A stretch of DNA of 64,000 nt from the sequence record PQ374922.1. One strand, given 5' to 3'. The notes under the pieces were generated by a model. The model was not told where the DNA came from. It made no database searches and saw only the letters and a list, made by a program, of their open reading frames with translations. Positions 46,081 to 56,190 of this stretch are shown piece after piece (the stretch's first letter is position 1; each line of letters begins with the position of its first letter). Source of the DNA: a phage. The position numbers and the translations under genes were made by a program.

Positions 46081-46102
46081 GGCCGGAAACGGCCTTTTCT
46101 TT
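46081..46102 (+). terminator. rho-independent terminator after endolysin
   Basis: ggccg-gaaa-cggcc followed by ttttcttt. Confidence 0.7.
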
Positions 46103-46176
46103 ATCCAATCCTCAGGTATGCTGGGGTTGTCACCTTAATTAGAGGTGATGACACCCTGAGATATAGGAAGGTTCCC

Positions 46177-47019
46177 ATGCAATCTGCCACCAAAGTTGTA
46201 AGTAAGAAGCCAGCGGGCAAGACCAAGTCAGCACGTAAGAAAGAGACAATTCAGAAAGAAGATGACTGGATGAAGTTCTCTAAAGGTGACTTCAGAATCG
46301 CTCCGTTCAATGGCCTCTCAGAAAATCAGAACCTCGCGTATCAATCTGCTCTTGAAGAAAACCTCACCATCGCAATCGGTCCGGCAGGCACAGGTAAATC
46401 GTACTGTGGTGCCTCAGCCGCCGCCAAGCTCCTGATCGATAAAGTGGTCAGCAAGATCGTCATCACGCGTTCTCCGTTGCCAACAGGCCAGACTGCAGGC
46501 TTCCGCCCTGGCGACACATACGAAAAGTTGATGCCATATCTGATGCCCCTGATTCAGACGCTGAAGAAGGTGCTGAAGACTGACACAGGCAGCGACGGTT
46601 TCTTCAACTATCTGTGGGAGAAGCGGATCATTGAGATCCAGGATCTGGAGACCATCAAGGGAATGACCTTCGACGACACCTTCCTGATCATTGAAGAAGC
46701 GCAGGAATGTGATATGGAGCAGCTGAAGAACCTACTGACCCGCGCATCCGACTCGACTTACATCTTCGTCAACGGTGACATCAAACAGTCCAACAAGCGC
46801 CTGCGCGACAGCGCCCTTGAAAAGTACGTCAGTTCCTTCCGCGACTTCAACGCCAAGCTGGAGGCCGGAACCCTGAAGATCGATGGTGTTGGCGTCAGTG
46901 ATGAGTACCCTGAATGGGTTCAGCCGTTCAGTATCATCGAGTTCGACAAGTCTGACCGCAACGGGCGCGGCGACTTCACCCGCCTGATGCTGGAAGTCAA
47001 CGATCTGTACGACATTTAA
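46177..47019 (+). CDS. phoH: PhoH-like ATPase
   Basis: Walker A GPAGTGKS and PhoH-family overall pattern. Confidence 0.8.
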   Translation: MQSATKVVSKKPAGKTKSARKKETIQKEDDWMKFSKGDFRIAPFNGLSENQNLAYQSALEENLTIAIGPAGTGKSYCGASAAAKLLIDKVVSKIVITRSPLPTGQTAGFRPGDTYEKLMPYLMPLIQTLKKVLKTDTGSDGFFNYLWEKRIIEIQDLETIKGMTFDDTFLIIEEAQECDMEQLKNLLTRASDSTYIFVNGDIKQSNKRLRDSALEKYVSSFRDFNAKLEAGTLKIDGVGVSDEYPEWVQPFSIIEFDKSDRNGRGDFTRLMLEVNDLYDI

Positions 47020-47102
47020 GTAACTCGCCAACCCTCCCCGCCGCCTTCAATCTACGAGGGCGGCGTATAATAAAACCTGCGTAAACAAACCCGAGGAACA
47101 CC

Positions 47103-49385
47103 ATGATTAACGTTATAAAACGTGACGGATCTTCTGTCCCATTTGATATTGAGAAACTACACGCAGTCGTAGACCGCGCATGTGATGGCCTGTCTGGTGT
47201 GTCAATGTCAGAGGTGATCGCTGCATCGAAGATTCAGTTCACCGACAACATGAGAACAGATCGCATTCAGGATATCCTCATCCAGGCTGCGGCTTCACTG
47301 ATCTCTGTAGACAAACCCAATTACCAGTATGTGGCTGCTCGTCTGAAGTCGTATGATCTGCGCAAGGCTGTCTACGGTCAGTATAAGCCGCCTCACCTGC
47401 TGGATATCTTCGTCAAGAACATCAAACAGCGCGTGTATGATCGTGAGTTCCTTGATCTCTACACGACAGAAGAGTTCAACGAGCTGAACGATGTCATTAA
47501 CCACAAACGCGATAAGAACTTCACGTGGGCGGCCATGGGCCAGCTGACAGAGAAGTATCTGCTGCGCGACCGTTCCAAGAAAGACAGCAAGATCTTCTAC
47601 GAAACCCCACAGGTCATGTACATGGGAATCGCCATGGCGTTGTTCTCTAACTGGGACAAAGACAGCCGCCTGGAGATGGTGAAGAAGTTCTATGAATATG
47701 CCAGCACAGGCAAGTTCAGTCTTCCCACCCCGATTATGGCAGGTGTTCGTACTCCTACCCGTCAGTTCAGTTCCTGTGTGTTAATCAAGACTGATGACAC
47801 CCTGAACTCTATCAACGCAACAGCCAAGACCATCGTTGACTATGTGTCCAAACGTGCGGGTATCGGCTTCGATGTCGGGGCAATCCGTGGGATTGGTAGT
47901 CCTATTCGCGGCGGAGAGATGGTTCACACAGGCCTGATCCCGTTCATCAAGTATCTCACTGGGGCACTCAAATCGTGCTCTCAGGGCGGCATTCGTGGTG
48001 GTGCAGCAACAGCGTACATCCCTCTGTGGCATTACCAGTTCGATGACGTTGTTGTTCTGAAGAACAACCGTGGTACTGAAGAAAACCGCGAACGCCGTAT
48101 CGACTATGGCATTCAGATCAACCGCGTGATGTTTGAGCGCCTTGTTGCCAAGCAGCCTCTGTATCTGTTCGACCCGAAAGACAACCGCGAAATGTATGAA
48201 GCATACTTCGCTGACGTTGACAAGTTCCGTACTCTGTATGAGAACATGATCAAGGCCGCTGATGCTGGTTTGGTTCGTGCTAAAAAGTTGCAGGCAGAAG
48301 AGGTGTTCCAGATGCTGTTAGACCAGCGTTCAGACACAGGCCGCATCTACATCGCGTTTGTCGATCACATGAATGAATACAGTCCATTCAACCTAGACAC
48401 GATTTATTCTTCAAATCTTTGTTTAGAAATCGCCCTGCCGACCCGTGAGTTTGAGCAGTACAACGATGAAAACGGGCGCGTGGCTCTGTGCACCCTAGCT
48501 TCCTTCAACCTGACGGCGTTCGAAGATCCTACGGAAATGGAAGACGTGGCGTTCGTGTTGGTATCTGCGCTGGACATGCTGTTGGAATATCAGGACTATC
48601 CAGCGATTCAGGCTCGTAAAGCTGTTGAAGACTATCGTCCTCTGGGTGTTGGTATCGTGAACGTGGCTCACTTCTTGGCCAAGAACTTCACGGGCTATGG
48701 CTCACCAGCTGGTCTTGAAATGCTGGATGCGTGGATGGCACACCTGCACTTCTATCTGGTCAAGGCGTCCAACCGTCTGGCTATGAAGTTCGGGGCGTGT
48801 AAACGCAGAACCATCCACAATAATGGGCAGGTCACCGCCGACCTTCAGCCGCTTCCACTTGATATCCTACCAAATGGCAAGAAGCCAGAAGGGATGGCAT
48901 ATGGGCTGGATTGGGATGAGTTGAAGGATAATCTGAAGACCTATGGTATCCGCAACGCCACTCTGCTGGCAGTAGCCCCTACCGAAAGCTCCTCACAGGT
49001 CCTCAACGCAACGAACGGCATTGAGCCACCGAAGGGCTTGGTGAGCATTAAGGGTAGCAAGGACGGCACTTATAAGCAGGTCGTCCCGGACGTTGAGACC
49101 CTTGGACCGATGTATGACCTCAAGTGGGACCTGGACTGTATTGAGTACCTGAAGACCGCTGCTGTCATCCAGCGCTGGGTTGACCAGTCCATCAGTACCA
49201 ACACGTGGTATGATCCAGAGAAGTACCCTGACAGCAAGATCCCTCGTGCCAAGATGATGCAGGATATCCTGTCGTTCTATATGTGGGGTGGCAAGACTCT
49301 GTATTACAACACAAACAAGGACGCCAAGGAAGACGAAGAGCTGAAGCAGGCTGAGGAAACTCAGTGTGATAGTTGTGTTGTATAA
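47103..49385 (+). CDS. nrdA: ribonucleoside-diphosphate reductase large subunit (class Ia)
   Basis: N-terminal ATP-cone (VIKRDGSSVPFDIEKL), 760 aa, C-terminal Cys pair. Confidence 0.9.
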   Translation: MINVIKRDGSSVPFDIEKLHAVVDRACDGLSGVSMSEVIAASKIQFTDNMRTDRIQDILIQAAASLISVDKPNYQYVAARLKSYDLRKAVYGQYKPPHLLDIFVKNIKQRVYDREFLDLYTTEEFNELNDVINHKRDKNFTWAAMGQLTEKYLLRDRSKKDSKIFYETPQVMYMGIAMALFSNWDKDSRLEMVKKFYEYASTGKFSLPTPIMAGVRTPTRQFSSCVLIKTDDTLNSINATAKTIVDYVSKRAGIGFDVGAIRGIGSPIRGGEMVHTGLIPFIKYLTGALKSCSQGGIRGGAATAYIPLWHYQFDDVVVLKNNRGTEENRERRIDYGIQINRVMFERLVAKQPLYLFDPKDNREMYEAYFADVDKFRTLYENMIKAADAGLVRAKKLQAEEVFQMLLDQRSDTGRIYIAFVDHMNEYSPFNLDTIYSSNLCLEIALPTREFEQYNDENGRVALCTLASFNLTAFEDPTEMEDVAFVLVSALDMLLEYQDYPAIQARKAVEDYRPLGVGIVNVAHFLAKNFTGYGSPAGLEMLDAWMAHLHFYLVKASNRLAMKFGACKRRTIHNNGQVTADLQPLPLDILPNGKKPEGMAYGLDWDELKDNLKTYGIRNATLLAVAPTESSSQVLNATNGIEPPKGLVSIKGSKDGTYKQVVPDVETLGPMYDLKWDLDCIEYLKTAAVIQRWVDQSISTNTWYDPEKYPDSKIPRAKMMQDILSFYMWGGKTLYYNTNKDAKEDEELKQAEETQCDSCVV

Positions 49386-49455
49386 ATTGGTCTAAACATA
49401 CTACCGTTATATCATCAGGGGTGAGAGATCACCCCTTATTAATCAGGAAAGAAAC

Positions 49456-50559
49456 ATGAGCGAACAGAAACAATTCTCCGTATTCGACCCAAGCTCGGAC
49501 AACACTGGTCTACCGTTCTTCGGTGACCCAGTGAGCATCCAGCGTTACGATGTCGTGGCCTGGCCATTCGTACAGAAGTGGTATGAGAAAGGTCTCAGCC
49601 AGTTCTGGCGTCCTGAAGAGGTGGACATCACCAAGGACAAGGCAGACTTCGCTACTCTGAACGAAGCAGAGAAACATGTCTACTTCAGCAACCTGAAGCG
49701 CCAGACCATGCTGGACTCTATCCAGGGTGCGGCTCCGTTCGAGGCGTTTGGTCCGTGGGCGTCTACCCCTGAAATGCAGTTTGCTGTCCTTGAATGGACG
49801 CGCCAGGAAGCCATTCACTCTTTATCGTACACCCACATTTTGCGCAATACTGTGAACGATCCAGGTATCGTGTTTGACCACGTACTGGATGTTGTGGAGA
49901 TCGTGGACTGTGCTCACCAGATCAGTGTGTACTACGATGACATGGTACAGTACAGTGGCATGCGTATGGCCGGACGCATCTTCACCCGAGAAGATCTGAT
50001 GAATGCCAAACGCGCATTCTGGCGTGCTCTGTTTGCTGCCAACACACTGGAAGGCATCCGCTTCTACGTGTCCTTTGCATGCTCTTGGGCATTCACACAG
50101 TTCCAGAAGAAGATGGAAGGCAATGCCAAAATCATTCGACAGATCGCCCGTGATGAGCAGGATCACCTGATCCTGACCCAGACGCTGCTAAACCGCCTGC
50201 CTGGTATGGACCCCGACTTTGCAATCATCCGTGAGGAACTGCGTGGTGAGATGACCCAGATGTTTCTGGACGTAGTTCATCAAGAGAAGGAGTGGGCGAA
50301 CTACCTATTCAAAGACGGTTCCATCCTGGGGCTGAACGCCAAGATCCTTCATCAGATGGTAGACTGGCTGGCAACCCACCGAATGGGCGCTATCGGGCAT
50401 CCATATCCCGGTGAACCTCGCAAGGAGAACCCAGTCCCATGGATTAATGACTGGCTAGATAATAAGGCAATGCAGTACGCGTTGCAGGAAGCGGAAGCTC
50501 CTGATTATCTGATGGGTGTACTGACTGGTTCGGTATCCGATGGCCTCAAATTCGCTTAA
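49456..50559 (+). CDS. nrdB: ribonucleoside-diphosphate reductase small subunit
   Basis: 367 aa immediately after nrdA; di-iron ligand pattern with conserved Glu/His. Confidence 0.85.
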   Translation: MSEQKQFSVFDPSSDNTGLPFFGDPVSIQRYDVVAWPFVQKWYEKGLSQFWRPEEVDITKDKADFATLNEAEKHVYFSNLKRQTMLDSIQGAAPFEAFGPWASTPEMQFAVLEWTRQEAIHSLSYTHILRNTVNDPGIVFDHVLDVVEIVDCAHQISVYYDDMVQYSGMRMAGRIFTREDLMNAKRAFWRALFAANTLEGIRFYVSFACSWAFTQFQKKMEGNAKIIRQIARDEQDHLILTQTLLNRLPGMDPDFAIIREELRGEMTQMFLDVVHQEKEWANYLFKDGSILGLNAKILHQMVDWLATHRMGAIGHPYPGEPRKENPVPWINDWLDNKAMQYALQEAEAPDYLMGVLTGSVSDGLKFA

Positions 50560-50568
50560 AGGTGAGAA

Positions 50569-50793
50569 ATGATTACGATCTATTCCAAACAAGGTTGCGC
50601 TCAGTGTGTAACAGCCGAAAATCTGTGCAAAATGAAAGGGCTGGAACACAAGATCCTCAAGCTGGACAAAGATTACCGGCTGGAAGAACTTCAGCAGTTG
50701 ACGGGTAAGCCGCGCGTGTCGATGCCTGTAATCGTCCTCGCTGACCAGACCGTGACCGACGTTAATGGACTCGCCGCCAGCCTTAAACGCTGA
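50569..50793 (+). CDS. glutaredoxin-like protein (NrdH/NrdC-type)
   Basis: 74 aa with CAQC redox motif right after nrdB. Confidence 0.65.
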   Translation: MITIYSKQGCAQCVTAENLCKMKGLEHKILKLDKDYRLEELQQLTGKPRVSMPVIVLADQTVTDVNGLAASLKR

Positions 50794-50800
50794 CAAGCCA

Positions 50801-50833
50801 AAGCCCCTCATTGAGGGGCTTTACTTCTATAAT
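50801..50833 (+). terminator. hairpin followed by TATAAT (terminator-promoter unit)
   Basis: aagcccctc-att-gaggggctt then tacttcTATAAT. Confidence 0.45.
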
Positions 50834-50898
50834 CCCTGCGCTTATACTTCCCAGTAATTCATTGGCATTCGCCACAAATTGAAAGCGGGAACTATATC

Positions 50899-51360
50899 AT
50901 GACAAACAAAGTACTCACCAACCCACTGCACAACTTCGGTTACATTCAACTCCCTCTGGTGATCGACACCCTGTACGCCGACGACAAAGAAGAGATCTGC
51001 TGGTCACCCACCGCACTGATTGAACGCGAAATCTTCAAGTCTGTTGTTGATGTCATGTTCCGTATCGGTCGCAATGGACCTCTGGTCTACCTCGGCAAGG
51101 TGACTGAGTTGAAGACAAGCCACAACGAACGCTTCCTTCGTATCGATACAACGGGGTGCTCTCATCAGGACTTCAACACATTGCGCAATTATGTTCTGGT
51201 CAACCGCCCGGTCAGTCAACACCGCCCGTATCTGACTTCAATGCACATCGACAATTTCATCACCGACGTACACCTCCGCGCCGAAACCCTCCATGAAGAG
51301 GAAACAGGCCGAGCTATCGACACAGTCTTAAATATGGTTGTGATCACCCTGGCGGAGTAG
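50899..51360 (+). CDS. hypothetical protein (153 aa)
   Basis: Conserved gaactatatcATG start context. Confidence 0.5.
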   Translation: MTNKVLTNPLHNFGYIQLPLVIDTLYADDKEEICWSPTALIEREIFKSVVDVMFRIGRNGPLVYLGKVTELKTSHNERFLRIDTTGCSHQDFNTLRNYVLVNRPVSQHRPYLTSMHIDNFITDVHLRAETLHEEETGRAIDTVLNMVVITLAE

Positions 51361-51365
51361 TCCTC

Positions 51366-51716
51366 ATGCAAGATTACAAAGAGTTGAGAATGCAGCTGGC
51401 AGTCCCCATACCAGACAAAGGTTTATACCAAAACCTGCATCATCTGATGTCTGAAGGGCATATGCTGCCCTTGCGGTCTGAGGATGGATCTCAGATCGGT
51501 TATGCCACCAGTTGCGTGGTCTATGACAAACCAGGAGACGAAGAGCGCGGAAAGGTCAGTGTCGGTTCCAGATTTATGTTGAACAAGAAGCTGGAGGGAT
51601 CAGTGGTTGACGTCAGGCCGATGATTATCCTCTACCACTTCAACGGCAAAGAAATGTTCAGGCTATTGAGCCACTTCATGTTAGTCGTGGCTCCGGCATT
51701 CAGGACGAAATTCTAA
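51366..51716 (+). CDS. hypothetical protein (116 aa)
   Basis: 5 nt after previous stop. Confidence 0.5.
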   Translation: MQDYKELRMQLAVPIPDKGLYQNLHHLMSEGHMLPLRSEDGSQIGYATSCVVYDKPGDEERGKVSVGSRFMLNKKLEGSVVDVRPMIILYHFNGKEMFRLLSHFMLVVAPAFRTKF

Positions 51717-52093
51717 TTCGTCCTTTTCAACCACACGGTGTCTGTTATTGGATCTGGATTGTTGACCACATAGAATGTGATGGTAACGCCCAGAGAATGG
51801 TAATCCTCTGACAGACTCACCGTGACTTCTTCTACCTCTGCTCTGGGTTCATACAGGGCGATGGCGTCCTCTACTTTGTTCTTCACATCTACCTGGATAG
51901 TCGGTGTCGTGTTTTCACCCAGCAGCCCATAAAGCCCCGCGCCGATCCCAGGATAAGTGGGCCAGTCCCCGACTGAAGACATGACGATATTCCGCACGGA
52001 TTGTAAGACAGCATACACACCTGATTTCATGGTGACATCTTTGGTCACTGGATGCATGCCGAACTTCAGATCGACATCTTTATACTCTTTCAT
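51713..52093 (-). CDS. baseplate wedge protein, gp25/GPW-like
   Basis: Motif VLQSVRNIVMSSVGDWPTYPGIGAGL typical of gp25 family; GAGAGGA RBS. Confidence 0.7.
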   Translation of the reverse strand: MKEYKDVDLKFGMHPVTKDVTMKSGVYAVLQSVRNIVMSSVGDWPTYPGIGAGLYGLLGENTTPTIQVDVKNKVEDAIALYEPRAEVEEVTVSLSEDYHSLGVTITFYVVNNPDPITDTVWLKRTN

Positions 52094-52166
52094 TTCGCGA
52101 TCCTCTCAGGATGCCTATAAGGAGCAGAGAGACGTGCTGTCCCTCTGCCACTAAACTTATACCAAC

Positions 52167-53777
52167 TTACTCTTTGGTGCCGAAATTACCACCATTGTCT
52201 TTTAATTCTGCCTTGATGTCAATCTCACCCGGACCCGTAGGGGATGCAGGGGTTGCACCTGACAGAGAAGAAGCACGACCAGCACCTTCGGCATATATGA
52301 TGTTACCATTGATCGTCTGAGCGACAGTCAGTTTGTCAGCGATGATCTCAGTCGTTAGAATCTTAGGAACCTTCAATGTCCCACCGACCTCCAGAGTCTC
52401 GCAGATAATGCGCAGAATATTCTGCGCTTGCATTTCCGCTAGGTCACTGAATTTCATCAGCGCTGTGCCCGCAACCACATTTGAGTAGTTGTTGGAATGC
52501 AAATGATAGACCTCACCTGTCTTGCGCTGGACTTCAGTTCCTTTGACCGTCAGGTTGTGGTCCCCGCCGACATAATAACGCTTGTTGAACATCGTCAGGT
52601 CATAGTGGTCTTTGACGGACTTGTTGACCACATCACCATCCGGCAACATTTGCTTGTAAGACCCAGACTTATGCATCCAATGAAGACGTTCACCACCAGG
52701 GGTGTCATCCACTTCCATAATATGCCCAGCTCGGGACACCATGACGTTATTGTACGGGTATTTAGATCCACCCGCAGCCGGAACCATGGTTTCTCCAGTG
52801 TTGTCAATATCCTGTACTCGCCCAGTAGGAGCCGGAGTCGGTTGTTCCTTTGGAGTACGATCTGGGATAGGTTCTGACCATTTACCATTCTGCTGCGCAG
52901 GCGCGGCTGTGGCTGTGTTAGCAGGACCAGGCCAACGATATCCCAAGACCGAAGAACGTCTGAAACGACTGACCTTCACTGAATCGGATTGGTTGCCACC
53001 AATACACCAGACATAGTTTGCATCGAACTTCTGCACAAACGCTACGTGTCCAAATGTAGGGTTGTTACCACGCCGGAAGACTACGATAGCGCCATATTGT
53101 GGTGCTGACAGTGGAGTGCCCCATGTAAGGTAAGATCGGGCAAGAGCGGAGCGTGTAGACGTGTATCCAGCCTGTATCATAACCCAACCCACGAACGCCG
53201 CACACCACGACACTTCATCTTCAGAAGCACCAAGGGAGGTTGTCTTGTGATATTCTATAATGCGCGGGTTGTTGTTGAACTTTCCGGCATACTCCTTGAT
53301 ACCTAATTCGCCACGAGCGATTGTCATCCACTTCTCTGGATCATACCCACCAACAGGTGGTTGTGGATCTGGTTGTGGTTCGTCTTCTTGTTTCACAGGA
53401 ACGTCAGTGACGGCGTTGTACGCCTGACGTTCCACAGATTGAACGACCTGCCCGAGAGCCAGTGGGTTTGTGTCGGCACCATCAGTAGGACTTGAACCAG
53501 TCCAAGTCCAGGTGATGCGTAAATTCTGGTATGCTTCGTCAAGGGCGAACCCCATAACCTCAGTGCCAGGAATGATACCCGTTGGAGACCAACCTAAACC
53601 AGCAGAGGAGGCGTTAGAAGCAGGCATCAGTACCTTCGCCCATGGGAGTTTGTCCGTAGGCAGGAGGACGGGATCGTCGGTGTGTACGCCATATATGCGA
53701 ACAGCAACTCGCCCATTTTGGTCTGGATCGTTGACATCTTCAACGGTGCCGTAAAACCATCTCATATTGTCTAACAT
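52167..53777 (-). CDS. baseplate central hub/spike protein, gp5-like, with CHAP peptidase domain
   Basis: N-terminus MRWFYGTVEDVNDP like T4 gp5 OB domain; Cys/His CHAP signature SWCAAFVGW...FGHVAFV; CATAAATA late-promoter-like element upstream. Confidence 0.6.
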   Translation of the reverse strand: MLDNMRWFYGTVEDVNDPDQNGRVAVRIYGVHTDDPVLLPTDKLPWAKVLMPASNASSAGLGWSPTGIIPGTEVMGFALDEAYQNLRITWTWTGSSPTDGADTNPLALGQVVQSVERQAYNAVTDVPVKQEDEPQPDPQPPVGGYDPEKWMTIARGELGIKEYAGKFNNNPRIIEYHKTTSLGASEDEVSWCAAFVGWVMIQAGYTSTRSALARSYLTWGTPLSAPQYGAIVVFRRGNNPTFGHVAFVQKFDANYVWCIGGNQSDSVKVSRFRRSSVLGYRWPGPANTATAAPAQQNGKWSEPIPDRTPKEQPTPAPTGRVQDIDNTGETMVPAAGGSKYPYNNVMVSRAGHIMEVDDTPGGERLHWMHKSGSYKQMLPDGDVVNKSVKDHYDLTMFNKRYYVGGDHNLTVKGTEVQRKTGEVYHLHSNNYSNVVAGTALMKFSDLAEMQAQNILRIICETLEVGGTLKVPKILTTEIIADKLTVAQTINGNIIYAEGAGRASSLSGATPASPTGPGEIDIKAELKDNGGNFGTKE

Positions 53778-53811
53778 ATTGAATTCCGGTTGTCAAACAA
53801 GGATTTGAAGG

Positions 53812-53819
53812 TATTTATG
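53812..53819 (-). promoter_or_regulatory. late-promoter-like CATAAATA upstream of gp5-like gene
   Basis: 7/8 match to TATAAATA on minus strand, 35-42 nt upstream of ATG at 53777. Confidence 0.4.
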
Positions 53820-53885
53820 CGCAGCTGTTTTTGCCTTATATACTATAGGAAGCTCTGCTTCCGTTCATTTTATTTGTTTTATTCG

Positions 53886-53905
53886 ATCCTATTCGCTTCG
53901 CTCAT
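53886..53905. repeat. 20-mer copy 2 (inverted orientation)
   Basis: atcctattcgcttcgctcat is the reverse complement of 8381-8400. Confidence 0.85.
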
Positions 53906-54112
53906 CAAACCGCCCTATGCGGGCAGCACCATTCCAATGCCATGGAGGCATAAGGGCGAGGCAATAACTGTACACCCCAGAACACTCCTTGAAAAATGGT
54001 ATTTTACTGACAATCTGATTCAAAACAGACAAACACCAACAAATGACTCGGGAACAAGCCCATTATAGCAATTTCAGGTAAAGAGAGTGCGTGTTAACCG
54101 ATTTTACAGTTA

Positions 54113-54141
54113 AGCCAATAAAAATCCCGCCGAAGCGGGAT
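54113..54141 (-). terminator. rho-independent terminator for minus-strand gene 54290-55096
   Basis: atcccgc-cgaa-gcgggat with A-run on + strand (T-run on - strand). Confidence 0.6.
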
Positions 54142-54289
54142 TACTGTTTCTTAGACAACCTGACCTTGAGGGCTTCGGTTAACAAGTCAAGATGCCATGG
54201 CATCGACTCGTTGATTTCAAATATGCTATAGCCGTGTAACTTCAATTCATCACACATCACGAAGTAGGATAATAAATCAGTTTCAAACA

Positions 54290-55096
54290 TTAAATGAAAA
54301 TTTCATTAATACTATTGAATTCGATTTTGTGCTCCTTACCACATTTCGGACACTTGATCGAACTCTTGTAGTGGATGCGCGGTATTTTGTGGAAGAAGTT
54401 CTTCGTAATGCTGTCAATAACATCTGATTCGATGTTATCCTTCACCCACTCAACAAACGCTTCTTTCACACGGCGGCGCTCAGTAGCCTCTTCCGGAGTG
54501 ATTCCGATTTCTTCAGGATTCTCAACCTTCCACACCTGACCGTCATCATCGTACAGACAGTCGATAAAGGTGGCCAGCATCATCTCAACGCTTGCAGCAT
54601 CAGACAGTGCCGTAGCGTCCGAGAAGGAAGGTTGGCGCATCTTGAGGTGATATCCACCTGGCAGGTCAAACGTCTCCCGGAAGCCGTCCTGAGCAATGCA
54701 TTTGACGTTGTTCAACGGGATAGGTAGAGTCAGTTCCTGCTCACAGGGAGCTATCTGGTGCTTTTCTTGACCATCTCCCAGATCGATCGTTTCTTCAATC
54801 TGATTATTGCACTTATAGCGAATCTTCATCAATTCACCGATGGAGATCATGCGCATGCGGATGAACACTTCCTCAACAACGCCGATTGGCAGTTTACTGA
54901 AAGGTGCACCTGCATTTACACATTCGCTAAAGAGACTCTCCATCATGGCTGCGCGTTCTTCAATCGGCGTTTGCGGATCTGACACCTGAAGTAACAAAGT
55001 TTGTTGCCCCGCAGTAAAGGCGCGATATTTGATCACAGTAGGCCAAAAGTCGCTTTTATATGTCTTTTCTGTTCTGGGCAATGATGGTAAATTCAT
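54290..55096 (-). CDS. hypothetical protein with C-terminal zinc ribbon, possibly baseplate-associated
   Basis: GGAGATACATT-ATG RBS; CPKCGKEHK; AT-rich codon usage; followed by minus-strand terminator. Confidence 0.5.
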   Translation of the reverse strand: MNLPSLPRTEKTYKSDFWPTVIKYRAFTAGQQTLLLQVSDPQTPIEERAAMMESLFSECVNAGAPFSKLPIGVVEEVFIRMRMISIGELMKIRYKCNNQIEETIDLGDGQEKHQIAPCEQELTLPIPLNNVKCIAQDGFRETFDLPGGYHLKMRQPSFSDATALSDAASVEMMLATFIDCLYDDDGQVWKVENPEEIGITPEEATERRRVKEAFVEWVKDNIESDVIDSITKNFFHKIPRIHYKSSIKCPKCGKEHKIEFNSINEIFI

Positions 55097-55145
55097 AATG
55101 TATCTCCACGGTATATTGTAAGAGTAATTATAACGAGGAATGAAA

Positions 55146-55670
55146 ATGCGCGGATTTTGTTTTAGTGAAATAGGCAAAGAACTGTCTATACAATATCCCG
55201 ATCCCAACACAGACTTCTTTATCTTCCTGACCGATTATGCCAAGAAAGAGAATATCCTCCATGTGGCAATGAAACACGAAGATTATAAGTTCTGTCGGCT
55301 GGGTGTCAAAGACCTGCTGCGTTATGGTCTACAAGTGGTCATCGTAGACCCATACTACAGCCCTATCGACGATGAAGAAGTTCTACCCGTGTATGTTCAC
55401 CGCAACATCAATACATTGGACAAGCATTATCCAGATTGTATTGTCATCGGCGAACTCATCTCGTATTATCATCGTGTGCGAAAGCTGGAACAGATTAAAA
55501 GTTATTTTCAAGAGGGTGTTGGTCAATATAAGATGAATGCCCTTAGTAGTGGATGGATGGTGCTGTCTTCAGCAGGCAGTGCTGACTATATTAAGATGCG
55601 TGTCTACCAATACGTTGTGGAGCGCGATTATGAACTGGAGAAAAGTAATGCAAAACGAAAAACCCGTTGA
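55146..55670 (+). CDS. hypothetical protein (174 aa)
   Basis: Second ATG chosen for RBS spacing; AT-rich. Confidence 0.45.
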   Translation: MRGFCFSEIGKELSIQYPDPNTDFFIFLTDYAKKENILHVAMKHEDYKFCRLGVKDLLRYGLQVVIVDPYYSPIDDEEVLPVYVHRNINTLDKHYPDCIVIGELISYYHRVRKLEQIKSYFQEGVGQYKMNALSSGWMVLSSAGSADYIKMRVYQYVVERDYELEKSNAKRKTR

Positions 55671-56139
55671 ACGTGCTCCGATTGAGGAAGTACAACAACA
55701 CGTCCTGGACCTTATGAAACACACAGTTTCTGATGCCGAAGGTAAAGTGCCGGATGAGTTCATCGGTGCGTTCGATCAGGTGGCTTTCGATACCGAGGGA
55801 GTTCCTTTGATCCAGACGATCGCTGGTATGGTTTTGTTTGAACCGAAAGCAGTAGAAAATGGCGTAATCGTCTACTCAGCCAACATTGGTGTGGACGGTG
55901 AGTCCCTGTCTCTCGAAGTTAGCAACATTGCTAAGTACCTGATCAAGTGTGGTTATGATCTGCAGGTTGTGACAGCCCACTACATCGATCCTCAGGGGCA
56001 GATCTCCTACGGTGATGAAGCGCGCAAAGTGAAACGCCACATTGACACTACCGTGATCCTGCAGAGTATCCAACAGATGCAGAAGAACCTGGACCACCCT
56101 GGTCTGATCCTGCCTGATAGCAAAATCATCACCCGTTAA
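55648..56139 (+). CDS. hypothetical protein (163 aa)
   Basis: GGAGAAAAG RBS. Confidence 0.5.
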   Translation: MQNEKPVERAPIEEVQQHVLDLMKHTVSDAEGKVPDEFIGAFDQVAFDTEGVPLIQTIAGMVLFEPKAVENGVIVYSANIGVDGESLSLEVSNIAKYLIKCGYDLQVVTAHYIDPQGQISYGDEARKVKRHIDTTVILQSIQQMQKNLDHPGLILPDSKIITR

Positions 56140-56190
56140 CCCGGCATAAATAGCCCATACACCAATGAAACTTCGTTATGGGCTATTTAC

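Noticed and set aside
53790-54068. 92-aa + strand ORF in the intergenic region upstream of the gp5-like gene
   Set aside because: Low-complexity Phe/Leu/Tyr-rich translation, no RBS, lies in promoter/repeat-containing non-coding region
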